Origin: Trichoplax adhaerens | Taxonomy: Eukaryota > Animalia > Placozoa | DNA: 64,000 nt | Assembly: GCF_000150275.1 (NCBI RefSeq) | Contig: NW_002060946.1 | Span: 7,905,494-7,969,493 of the forward strand | Direction: 5' to 3' | In this document: one piece after another, positions 38,301 through 49,705 of the stretch | Layout of the letters: every line of letters starts with the position of its first letter | Numbering within the stretch: the stretch's first letter is position 1 | Program-made: the position numbers and the translations under genes | Notes under the pieces: generated by a model | Told to the model about the DNA's origin: nothing | Databases searched by the model: none | What the model saw: the letters and a program-made list of their open reading frames with translations, nothing else

Positions 38301-38800
38301 GTGACTACAATTCACTTGTTTCTATGTCAAATCATAACTCTGGAAGCACATACCTAGCAGCAGATAGATTAGATGATGCATTAAAAATTTGCAACAAATG
38401 CTTAAAAATTCAACGGCAAATTCTTGATGACAACCATCCCGCTTTAGCTAAAACCTATTATAAGCTGGGGATAATTTATCTACAACAGGACAATCATAAG
38501 GATGCTCTGAGCATGTTTCAGCTATCTATTGATATCCAAAATAGAAATGATGACGATAACGATGCTCTGTTAGCCAATTGTTATCAAAGCATTGCTTCGA
38601 TCTATAAGCTAAGCGGTAATAAAACTTCAGCAATCATGATGTACGATAAATGTTTAAACATTCAGAAAACTCTATTTGGAGAAAGTTATCCAAATATTTC
38701 CGAAATTTGTCAAGAGCTGAATGAAATCGCTATAACCGACTCGCGTAAGTTCTACAATATTGAAAAAATAATTAGCCCACAATGTGAATTTTATGTGTAG
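35387..38800 (+). CDS. Single-exon tetratricopeptide-repeat protein with about 24 42-aa (kinesin-light-chain/TPR_12-type) repeats
   Basis: Uninterrupted ORF (open from 35354, first ATG 35387) with recurring consensus LGxNxxxVAxxYxNIGxIYxxQxKYDDALxxYxKCLxIQ. No recognisable non-TPR domain. Confidence 0.9.
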   Translation: MNVKIKNRSQHAIANENFNNGNYQAALTLYMQILEDCRKVDHQIDKATQADLCNANLNVAKAHCMLYHSQQANHFCCQSHQLAKQLTDNHLIVAECHDCSGDIKRLAGRYCEALVEYQESFSTRISVKGEDNPSTAKSFNKIGKILYLQQKYNESLHMQQKARNILLLQVDNNNIPNIDIAEVYSDIGMVYMSQGNLLDASILFEKSLLVIIKILGENNLRVADIYNKLGSVYLMQNQLEEATAMFKKATNIINEIIGLNTLEAATTFNNFARIQLAQGKYDEAELMCSKSLSIQIVRLGNNHLKIAETYTTLSQVYKGVKKYNEAIDALQKVINMQRMILGDRHLIIAESYFNIGEIYDLQASYDDSLLFYQVCLKIRLEISGDMDENVAKTYHRIGLAQFSLGEYNNALNHYHHGLRCYLEMIGFQNLTVASLLNDLGFANQKLENYNEAISVHSQAISIQRRLLGQCNSSLASSYNSIAIAYQLNGNFNQAICMLQKKLKIQLVLLGKNDTKIANTYSNLGSLYQLQGKYVDALVMYKKCKKILLKVLGNNNIDLAESHRNIGFIYILQGRYDDAMSLLRQSLQIYYEKLGQNDLEVVKVYENIGSIYNCQRDFSSALGAYRKCLAIKLTLLGNSHFDLAVTYSDIASIYYSIAQFDQALDSYEKCLKIQENHLGLDHLQVATTYYNIGKIYYLQNKQDTALAMYNKCKNIQLKSLGEKNPTIAKLYISIGLVHVSKEQYEDAMLLYQKGLAIQIKYLGSNNSQTASTLSNIASVYKAQNKFDDAISLYNNCISIEEELSGDHHGCMIILYQNLASTYESCDKLDDAIKAYHKCLNIQQHLFGENSLHVASTFNDIASIYVKQSKHNDAAFQCEESIKILNKALGDKSLLVVTMYNKLANIYAEQGHIDKALTTLHQSLDIFLALRKEKSSKNETILFRDALECKQQFKCFDQMSLLQKTVDIQQNFLGDYNSLVSMSNHNSGSTYLAADRLDDALKICNKCLKIQRQILDDNHPALAKTYYKLGIIYLQQDNHKDALSMFQLSIDIQNRNDDDNDALLANCYQSIASIYKLSGNKTSAIMMYDKCLNIQKTLFGESYPNISEICQELNEIAITDSRKFYNIEKIISPQCEFYV

Positions 38801-41800
38801 TAATTTGTCTTATATTCTTCAAGTGAATAACGCCTGTAATACTGCATATTTTATCTAGCAAGAAATCAAACTTCTTTATTCAAGAATTGTAGACAAAGCT
38901 AAGAAATTAAGACGTACATTCAGGAAAAGTATTCATGTATTTCTTAAGGTATAACAGGACATTAGCATAATATATTTGAGGTATAAGTATTACTTTATGC
39001 ACTTACTGAACAACATTCATGAATTACTTGTATATATACAAACGAAATAATACATTGTAGCAAGGATAAAGCCTATACCAGTGCGTAATTTAATACGGTA
39101 GTAAAGTAAATTCAACATTTGATAAATAATAATCAGATAAAGGCATTTTAACTCGAACAAATACTGTGTGCAGTAACACTTATACAGATAATTTTCTACC
39201 GTCAAGAAAAGTTCGTTATGATACCCAATTAGTCTTACGTAACAGAATTTGTACCGGAATTTTCAGATTACCGATGATATAAACTATTTTTGGCAAGTTC
39301 AAATACATATATTACTTAATTTCACTAATAGAAACTATATTACAAGATCATAGTATCTATTCGGTTGAAATATGAAAAAGGGATACTGTTAAATTTCTTA
39401 TCCGTAAACTTACATTTATCATCTGCTGTACAATTGTATACTTAGCAGATAATTTTATTTTTATTTCAGACAAATAATAATTCTATCACGTAATTAAAAA
39501 ACGATGATAGCATTCATGAAATGATAAATAACTTGATCAACTTCTACTAAATTTAATGTAGCATAAGGGTATATATTGTATAAACTTGCATGAATTATGT
39601 TATACTTTTCTAAATCGTAACTATTTTCATTCTAGAATATCAATTTTACTTGAAATTGATTTAAGGTTAAATAGCTAGGTCTACCATGATTTGTATAGAT
39701 AATTGTATTGCTGGAGCAATAAAATTGCTGTAGATGAATCTGCATGTTGTATTTAGCTGCAATTAACTGAAAAGCCATTTTTAACGATACTTATTTGTAT
39801 CACTTATAACATTCAATGTTAATCTCTTGAATAAATGCGCGTATGTCTTCATAATTTTAACTTGTAGCAATTTATATATTTTTTTCTGGTACTTAGTTCG
39901 AATAGCCTTAGATAATTATGTCTAAGATCTTTAGTTTGCTCTAAAAAATAATGTCATTACGATCTCACTCCATGATGAATTCCCTGTGCGCACTTATTTC
40001 ATTTAGCCCGGACTAATTTTAGCTATCAAGTAAAACAGGATCCATTTTTTATAAGTATTAAATTAGAATCGCAAAATTCAATATGTTACTAGTACAGAAA
40101 GAAAAAATAGTATTGAATATGAATTTAGATAAACATACACACTAAGTAGAGGATATTGCCATAAGATCTCAATTGCTAATTACAGCATAGCATGAAAGTC
40201 ATTTCTTGGGAACAGAGTTAAGTGCGTAATATCGAGCTTTGTAGAATAATTTTATGAAGTTGCATTCACAACTACGGTTTCTGTTAAAAGCGATGCAAAT
40301 TATGTATCAGACTTTCTTATATCAGTTTAAGACGGAAAATACTATAAACCTTAATACTTTATACATAAATACATATTTAGCGATTACTTAATTCTAGGTT
40401 ACAATTTCTCGTACTAGAACTCATGATTAGTAGAATATTTTAGATATCCGTATACCCGTATCCGAATGTTCTGCCTAGCGATTCCAGGCTGAAAATTACG
40501 ATCTTTCAACCCAAGAAATAATAATACATAGCAACAATAAGTACATATCCATAACATATTTTCCTCAAATGATACAGCTATATTGAGATTTTAAGATGAA
40601 GTAAAGATAGCAGTGAAAATCCTATCTTTCCGTTTATAAGTTTGTTTACGCTCTTTCTTTTATGCGATATAAATATATATTGCAAAAGGAAATTTATAAT
40701 ACACATCCTTTTAGAAAATTAGTATGTTATAGGCTAAATTTATTAATGAAGGAGAAATGGTACAAGTAATCTGTTCACCACTTGCATAATATGGGTTTAC
40801 AATTAATGTCTTATTGACTATGAATTGCACTGGCTGGTGCAATCGGAAAATATAAAGTTAATCTTAATTTACTATCTAATTTAAGAAACGATACTAAATT
40901 CCCATAAAACTACGTACATTCTCATACTGATGATAGACTACGGAATTTGATGGAACGTTATTCTAATTGTGAGTTATTTCGGCGAGAAAAGTATGAGCAG
41001 GATAGCTAAAGTGAACGAAAATCTATAGGTTGTTAAACGTATGTTAACAGAATGCAATTTACTTTATATATGCGATAGAACTGTTGAGTTGATTTCAATA
41101 ACTATCTATAAGTCTATAAGATATTGACTTATTTTCAAAATAGTAAATAAAATGGAATAAGATTTAGCTGAATAATTAGAGAGTCTAGACATACCTGGAA
41201 ACATAAAGCCTAACTCTAACTTAGCTTCTAGCTAAACTGCTGTATATAATTGTATAATTTTACATCAAGGTCAATTAATTAAGCTAAAATTTTGCCTTAC
41301 ATTTTATCAATATTATAATCTTTAACTTTGTGACGATCGTATTGACGTGAAATTCAATTGATTAAGAAATTACCATTCAAGTGGCTTACGATATATAACT
41401 GAAGAATAGGATGAAGCAAAATTTTTTATTAGATTATATCAAATTGTGATTTTAGGTTAATAGGATTTATATAACATAAAAATTGAAAATTTTTCATTAC
41501 TTTTATTAGTAATCATTGAATATATTGCAGAAAATTAAGATAGGTCAATATTGCCATCATCTTTCAATATGACACGCAACGGATTAATTGGACATGTGTC
41601 TGACAAATAATTACCATAAAAAAGAGCATTTTATCATGGAGAATTATATGCAATTTCTTTCGCTAGATGCTTGCTAATTTGATGTTTACTGTTTCATATC
41701 ATAATCTGTGCAAATTGATGTAAATTTTTTACTGGGTTTTTTCGATAATTATAGACTATGTATGACATGATAACTTCACATCATTTGGTCTATGAAGTTT

Positions 41801-43699
41801 ATTTTTAAATTAATTTAAAACGAATAGACAGGTATAAAATACACGTATAAAAGATTAACAAATAACCTTTACAGGAACTTGGTATTTAAAATTTCATGAC
41901 AAAGCAAGAAAAGGATTCCTCTTAGTTACATCCATATTAATCATGGCGATTATTTTTCTACGTAATTTCCTGCTCATAAAACATTAACTTTTTCCGTTTT
42001 TTCCAAAAAATTATATTCGACATTGTTTATATCATTTAGACAACATCGAATTAGTTAATACATTGGGATTCATAATCAAAAATCTAAGTATTAAAGATTT
42101 TCAAATAGCGAATTAAGAGGCCTGTTCTTCGCTACTGAAATTGTAGTCACAAAAGAGCATTTGAGTAGAACATTTAACTGCATACTTTATGATTACTTAA
42201 TGATTACGTTATATGTACAGTATTAGTGCTTTCGTATATTGATAAGCAGAATTGAAGGAAAGAATTAAAATTTCGTTGTGTTTATGTGAAAGTCCAGGAC
42301 TGGACTGTACTGAGGGCTATTTTAAGGTATAATTATTATCCATAACATTACTTCCTTTCGATTTTATCGATTTAGGTTTGCTTTTGATATCAAAATATTG
42401 CGACATACATGAAAAATTTACCAATTCATAATTTGAATAGGCTTTATGCAGCAAGATTAATACTGTTTACGATCTGATACAATACAAAGAGTATCAAATA
42501 TCTATTGTTTGTGCGAATTATTCCCTCAAAACAATTCCATTATGATATAGAGTATAAAGCGCTGCTATCGCATTAATTGCAATTCATTATGAATTAATAT
42601 TAATATTCTCAGTGAAATAGTCATGATTTTGACGCTTATAATACTAGCATCCTAACAATAAAATCAGAATTTCAATGATTTAAGAATAAAGGAAGTAATA
42701 ATTAAGTAAATTAAATATATTGAATAAAAATAGATAAAATAAAAAATATTAGAGCTATCTACCGTTTACAAGATAAAAATTTAAGTATTACACTAGTTTA
42801 CGTGACTAACCGTGTAAATTAATTAAAATACAATTCGCTTTAGTTTAATTTCGGGATGTCGAAGCCTTCAAAATAAAATTCTAAACTGTTGCTGTTGTAG
42901 TTTATGTCTCCTAATTACTATAAAATATTATAATACAATATTAGAGTTAGCTAATTTATATCGCTATGTTAAGTAGAATAATTTCAAAAACTACAACATT
43001 ACAATAATCATTCACTTATTTTCTATCTAGTATCAGAGTATCGAATAAATATTTGATTACGCTCTGGAGAACGAATAGTAGATAGCGTACTCACTCATAT
43101 AAGATTTTGCGGTTAACTGTAAGTGCCGGCACGATCAAGCATTGCACTTCTGCAAATACGATGTTCTTAATACTCAGCTAACAATTGCGGACTTCTCTTA
43201 CAAACACAAACCATATACCCTCTATTTAACGTAACAGAAACATTAGAGAAGGTAGTCTTAAAAATTTGACCAGATCTAAATCGTTAATAGGTATGTGCCT
43301 CATTTTATCGGTACCTTTGGAAATCATCTAACCATCAGCATTAAATGAATTAAATGTTCAATCCTTATATTCAGTTGTATTTGCTAATCAAAGTATCAGC
43401 ATATTTTTTAACATGCTATTGAAAAATAGGTTTGGATATAATCTTTCGACTTTTCTAGTCTTTGAGAGCAAGGCAGTAATTATATTACTGTAAAAAATTT
43501 TCCCTACGCCGATCAGATATCAAATAGTTTACTAAGGAAACAATGTGAAAATTCTCTTTATTAGCGACCAAGTAATTTAATCCTTAATGTCATTTCAGAT
43601 TAACTTGCTTTGAATGACAGCTAGAAACATCACGATATTTGAGTACATTCACAAAATCAATCCATTAATCATAAATAAGTAAACATCTTGCCGACTGTA

Positions 43700-44673
43700 A
43701 TGAAATGACAAGTGTAGAGATCAAGCTACAAAACTTTAACAAACTTTGATTCCACTTTCGTTGCACTCCGGTCGACTTAGCAAAACTTTGACATCAAATA
43801 AAATTTGGGGAAATAACCGAACAACAATTTATTACAAAACAAAAATGGAGAGAAGTATAAACCGAACAACCTTACAAATACTTAGCTTTAGGTATTATTA
43901 TTATAAATGACAGACTTAAAAACTGTCAACGATCAAACAACCTTTCGAAAAGAAGAACGTTTTAACTTACGACAATTTGACCCCGAAGGCCTTTTAAATT
44001 CAATAAGTTCTTCAAATAAAATCTTCTTCTGCTCTTCCTCCAAATTTTCTAATTGCACTATCATTTATAGGCTTCGTAGAGCCGTCAGAGGTATTTAAAA
44101 CTAAACATTTGCTAACCAACCGCTCTCAAGATCCGTTTTAGAAAACTACTTTGCACCATTTATCGCCATTTAAGAAAACAAAAATCATTCAAAGTTCAGA
44201 CACAATTCACCCTACGATTCCCTTACAAAACACTATAAAACTAACAAACTAACTATAAAAATACATCAAAACTTCACTTCTAACATAATTTCTATCATTA
44301 ATACACTATAAAAGTCTAAAAATCAACCTTTAAACATCAAGATTTAGTCATAAAAATAACATTCTAACTACTTAACAATCAACACAACCTCTGCCAATTT
44401 CCATCTTATTTTCTATTTTTCCTCACTAAATTCTCCTAATGTGACTTCAAGTCACGTCATAAAATTCCAAAGTTTCAAATTCATAACAAAAAGTCCAATT
44501 TCAAAAATCAACTCTTACGATATTTTTCATAAACTAAAATCCAAAATTTACAACAGAAAAATTATATGACATAAATTAAAACAGGAAAATTATATCGGAC
44601 ACAAACCCAACTGGTACCAGAATCCGAAAACTATTTCGGACATAAATCCGGAAAAATTCGGTTTTTATAAAGA
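43700..44673 (-). mobile_element. Putative degraded mobile element (strand-skewed segment with a Helitron-like A|TC end)
   Basis: About 1 kb that is G-poor and A/C-rich on the + strand, unlike its flanks. The right end reads ATCTTTATAAAAACCG on the - strand next to short CCGA/TCGG hairpins. No CTRR 3' end or intact ORF found; left boundary approximate. Confidence 0.3.
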
Positions 44674-47000
44674 TCACAGTAATCGCTTATCGAAAAAATT
44701 TATATGACTATTACGACTACTTTTCTGACATTAGTATCGCTTAGTATTCGCGAGTATGGACAGTTGATGTTTTAGCGTCAGATTGTACTGTAACTGTACG
44801 ATTATAGACTACTGTACATTACAGTACTTTATCGTCATGTTATAAATCCCCTTTCTCTAAGGATAGGGTTTTGCTACTAAGTCAAATTCCTTTACAATTT
44901 GAATAGACGATCAAACGCCCTTTCTTTAGATTAGCCATTTGCTCTAGGGCTACTTCGATAGTAATCTATATAATACCTTGTAAAATAATGAAGAAGAAAA
45001 GATGGCGACATGATGATTTGGCAGGGTAAAACTTTAAGACACTATCACTTTCTAGGTATTTTCTATAGTAAAATAATACTAGTTACATACTAAAAGCTAC
45101 AAAGGACTCTACTTTTAGTCCTTTACTACACGGCAATTACTCAATAAGTTATCTCTCTTTATGTGAGTAACGAAAGCATAATAAAAATATAATAATAAGC
45201 TCTAACTTCTATTGAAATTATAGGTATAATAAAACCATATTATAGGTCTGGCGTGGATATTAAACGGCTTTATCTAGATTCAATATTGAGTAGTTATATC
45301 GATATTTTATAAAGTAATGATCAACCATCACAGTCTGAAAAACGAAACACCATCAGTTATCTTGTTTTACACAATAGCCCAGATGCATTTTATTTTATGG
45401 TAAATAACACGAAGCAGGTTATTGCTTCAAACTTGCTTTTCAGAATATAGATAATTTAATTATTATTACCTTTAAGGTGAATATGCAGTAAATATATAAT
45501 TTCAAGCTAAAGTTATCGTCAGGATAACTTTAGGTAATGTAATTCTAACGCCGATATGAATTCAAATGGGCGTTATGCTTACTGCATGCGTTAACTTAAC
45601 GTTGCTGATTTTTAAATAATTACCAACCATAGCTCGACTGGAAAATAGAATAATATTAACAAGATTATTTCTTTGAAACCTTACAAATTATGCGCAAGCT
45701 ACTTAAACTTGGATATTCATTATTAATAACTTTGTTGTCCTAAAGAATGTACGAAGGTGAACATAAGTAGTGATAACATTTTATCGTAACTGATATAAGG
45801 ATCCATTGCAATGTGAATTATTCCATAAGCACTGTGAATAATGTCTCAGAATAACACGGATCGAAATTAATATCACAATTAAAAATCGAATAAGTATCAT
45901 TCATCACAATGAAATATCATAATTGAAAACACATTTTTTGCCCGAGTAATATTAAATATTTAATATTAACACATAAATAGAATTATTTCGTTAAAATACA
46001 ATTTAAAAAAATGTAAATGTCAACAGAAGGAAATTTTCATATATCTATCCATCGTAAGTTTTTCGTTATCAAAATTTGGCAGAGATATTATTTTAGGTTA
46101 TTAGGAAGACCTGATCTTTCAATCAGTAAATCTTTACTTTATTTCCAATCACATAAGCGTTTATACAACGAATCAGTAGATCTCTTTTACCTAGCTGTGT
46201 GTTTGCAAATAATAATTATATTTTATTAGTTCGCTCTATAAGTATCTGACTGTGTCTACAACGATATTATACTGTAATCAAAACAATCTATTAGTCATAA
46301 ATATAAGTTGACTATAAGGCTAAAATCATTCAGTAGTCACATTTCAATCCTTACTGCACATCTTATTACGAAGCTTAGCAAATTAAGAGTAGTTTTTGTA
46401 ATTAATTTTTTATGAATACTGATATGTAATTAGTATATACTTAATATAATAATATATTGACAGATACTGCATACGATAATATTATCCTTAAAAGATAAAG
46501 TATTCTATCTAGTACGGTACATTGAATTCTACCGGAGAAAATACTTCGGAATCCAAGGTAATGTTTATTAATGATCTGCCATTTTTAAATCGTACGTATT
46601 AATACCAGAGTGGTAGATTTTTAGGTTACTACGGCCTCATCCTGGTTAAAATTCGTATCCTTAGATCAGTTATTATGTTACAATGCTGATAAACTCTGCA
46701 ATTTTGCTGAAATTCTGCTTTATCCTTGATTCTATTTCTTAATTTTTTTTAAATTAAAAGAATGTTCTAACTCACAGTGAGCAGCACCTACTTAGCGCTA
46801 GATATTCAGCTTTCGGACTATTATTTGTTGATTTATTGTAATATAGATCATAAGCTCAAGCTATCAACTTCCCTGGGGTAAACTACATTGACAAATCTGA
46901 ACGAAAATTTCCCGCATAGAAAACTTCGCAAATTAGATAGTAACAAATCAGTTCCCGTATATAAACGTGTTCAAATTATTCGAAGTTTACGCTATATATT

Positions 47001-48040
47001 ATGTCAGCCAATAATATCCAACTCAGCAATGAAACAAACCATCAACTGGTATCGCTATTAGGACTTCGACTTATTGTCGGTATACCTTCAGTTATTATTT
47101 TTATCGGTGGTTTGATTGGAAATATATCTACTGTATTTACTATCATTCGATACAGAAGAACGACAACCAAAGATCTCATGTTCTACTTAGTTGCTAATTT
47201 AGCAATGTATGATATTCTTGTCATGTTATTTGCTTTACCAATTACAGTTATCCGAAAATTAGCTTTCACATGGCCGTTTGGAGCTTTCCTGTGTTATACT
47301 ATAAATGGTTTCCCTCCTTTCTCGGGAATAGGCTCAGTAGTAACCATGGTTTCTATAGCAATCGATCGCTACTATGTCGTTTTACATGCAGCAAATCCAA
47401 ATCCAAAAGAGAAGAAAAAGGGGCTAATTCTTTCAGCAATATTTATAACAGCGCTAGCCGTTGCTTCACCAGCATTTATATTTTCAAAATATGATGACTC
47501 TCAATCAACTCCTTATTGCGATATTGTTTTTTCTACTGATTCTGCCGTTCAAATTATCGGATGGCGAATTTATATTACATTATCGAGTATTCTGATTTTA
47601 TTTCTACCAGTTACGGTCGAATTAATCATATATGTCAAGATTTTACTGGTTTTACGGCAAAGATCGAAAAATATTACAACCCGATTCAATTATGCATATG
47701 TTAAAGCTCATAAGAATACCATCAAATTGATGTTGTTAATGACTATTACTTACATTTTTACCCATGCTCCACTATTTATTTGCTATCTTATATATCATTA
47801 TCAAGGTATATCAACCGAAAATGTTATACTATTTTAACTCATATTTGTTATCGCACATTTTTATGTTTTTATTCTAAAAGTTTAATTAACCCTATAATTT
47901 ACACTGGCTTTATTCCTAAACAAAAAGAGCGACATATTTATATATTTAGCTTTCAATTTTTAAGGCCTTGTCTGTCGAAGAATTGTAGCTTGAATTTCAA
48001 ACGAAATGCTGTTGCTCCTAAAACCATCTCGACGACATAG
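47001..48040 (+). pseudogene. Class A GPCR pseudogene, close paralog of 51895-52932
   Basis: Relative to the paralog: CAA>TAA nonsense at 47835-47837 and a 2-nt T insertion about 20 nt later (CATTTA>CATTTTTA) that moves TM7 (KSLINPIIY) into another frame ending at 48040. Confidence 0.85.
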
Positions 48041-49028
48041 CGGCCAAATAAATAACTGTTAAATAATGTTGCAAAATACGGTTATTACTTTTTATACCAT
48101 CTCGCGCTCTTTTAACTTCCATAACAGCAGAATTATTTACTAATTACTTTATTTAATCTAGATAAATATCATTTTAGTATTTAATTTTTGTTAGAAACCG
48201 TGCCCGGGTATTTATCGTGAATCTTTGCCAGCGCGATTTCGCACGAGTTTCGTTTAACTAAAGCTTGGTTTTTGATTACCCAATGGTCAGCGCTAAGAAT
48301 AACTCTTTACCAATGATATCATTCTAGAGAGTATTCTCGATACAATAACAAGGATGTTCACTGAAGAATTGGAAATGAACTATAAAAATCAAAATCAGTG
48401 AGTACTAAGGGCACATATGTTCCTTAGTACACTTAAAGAAATGGTTGTTATTTTCACTGACGTCAAGTAGAGCACTCGCTACTCATTCCATAAGTGCTGT
48501 AGTGATGCATAAGTTTTCAACAAGTGCCAAGAATTTAAAATCTAGCTTATAGTTAAACAAATTATACGCATACAAGTGCGGATACTAGTAAATATATACG
48601 CGGATACATACATAATACACCTAGTTTTGGCCATATACGTCACTTATAATGTATCCGGACATGAAATTAGCCTGCTTATCATTCCATAGTTTCCGTACTA
48701 AAGAATTATTTGTGAACAACAGTTTATCATTCTAATCAATTTTTGGATCATTCACATCCTTTTAAAGCATGGATTACAAGATTGGCCACTGTTGTTCCAG
48801 TAAAGTAGTAGAAATTTTATTATAAGAACATATTATCCTATAGTACCGTAATTAATCAGTAGAGATTACTTACATCGTGAATTTTTGCTCAGAATCTGCA
48901 ATGTCCACGAGATAGATACTCTAAACCATCCTGAAGTTGATGCTCTGCAATTATTTAAGCTTCTGTAATGTCGGTTTTTGAAACTATAGATATACTTAAA
49001 GTAATCAAAATTTGCCAAGTCTTATATC

Positions 49029-49705
49029 TTTGGTGCACTAATTGCTAAACTCAATCAGAGGCCATATAATGCGCATACATCCAAATATTGTCATGATAAA
49101 GGGAGATCCAAACATTGTTGCAAACCAGTCTATTACTGAAATTACATTGTGATGGAGGGTTCGATATCTCGGAGGATTGAGATTTAGTTGCCATTTACAA
49201 TTAGTGCACCAAAAGTTGTATAAAAGTTATACTTTATTTTAAGTAGTAAAGTAAGTACGGTGAGGTAATTACGGTAGATCAGCGTGAAAGCTGTCGTGAG
49301 TAACGTGTGAAGACTAACTAGGAAACTAACGATTTCTGAGGTGGGAAACGGCGGTATTTATAGTTTTAAAGATAGAGCACATGCAAAGAATAGGATTATA
49401 GAATTAGATACAACATATACCATAACAGGTTACAACATAGCTGATGATTGTAGCAAACAGCGAGTACTGTAATAACTAAATACAGTAGCCTATATATGAA
49501 TGTGAAGCAAGCGGACTGTAGATATGTCTAAATATAAGAGCAATACAACATGTCTATATTTAAGAGTAGAATATAGTTACAGTATATTCTAAATACACTA
49601 CATACATAAATACAGCTATTACTCAATTCGTGTATAAGGCAATATTATGTCTTTGTAATAAGGTCGACTATATCTTATTCTACTCTACTATTATAACTCA
49701 CAACA
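49029..49705 (-). mobile_element. Probable LTR-retrotransposon relic: ~490-bp LTR (49214-49705), PBS-like TGGTGCA and truncated gag-like start
   Basis: Minus strand starts TGTTGTG (49705) and ends TACAACT (49214); TATA-like CTATAAATA at 49355-49363; AATAAA at 49233-49238. Directly downstream come TTTGGTGCACTAATTG and an ATG encoding MATKSQSSEISNPPSQCNFSN. No TSD and no pol. Confidence 0.45.
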
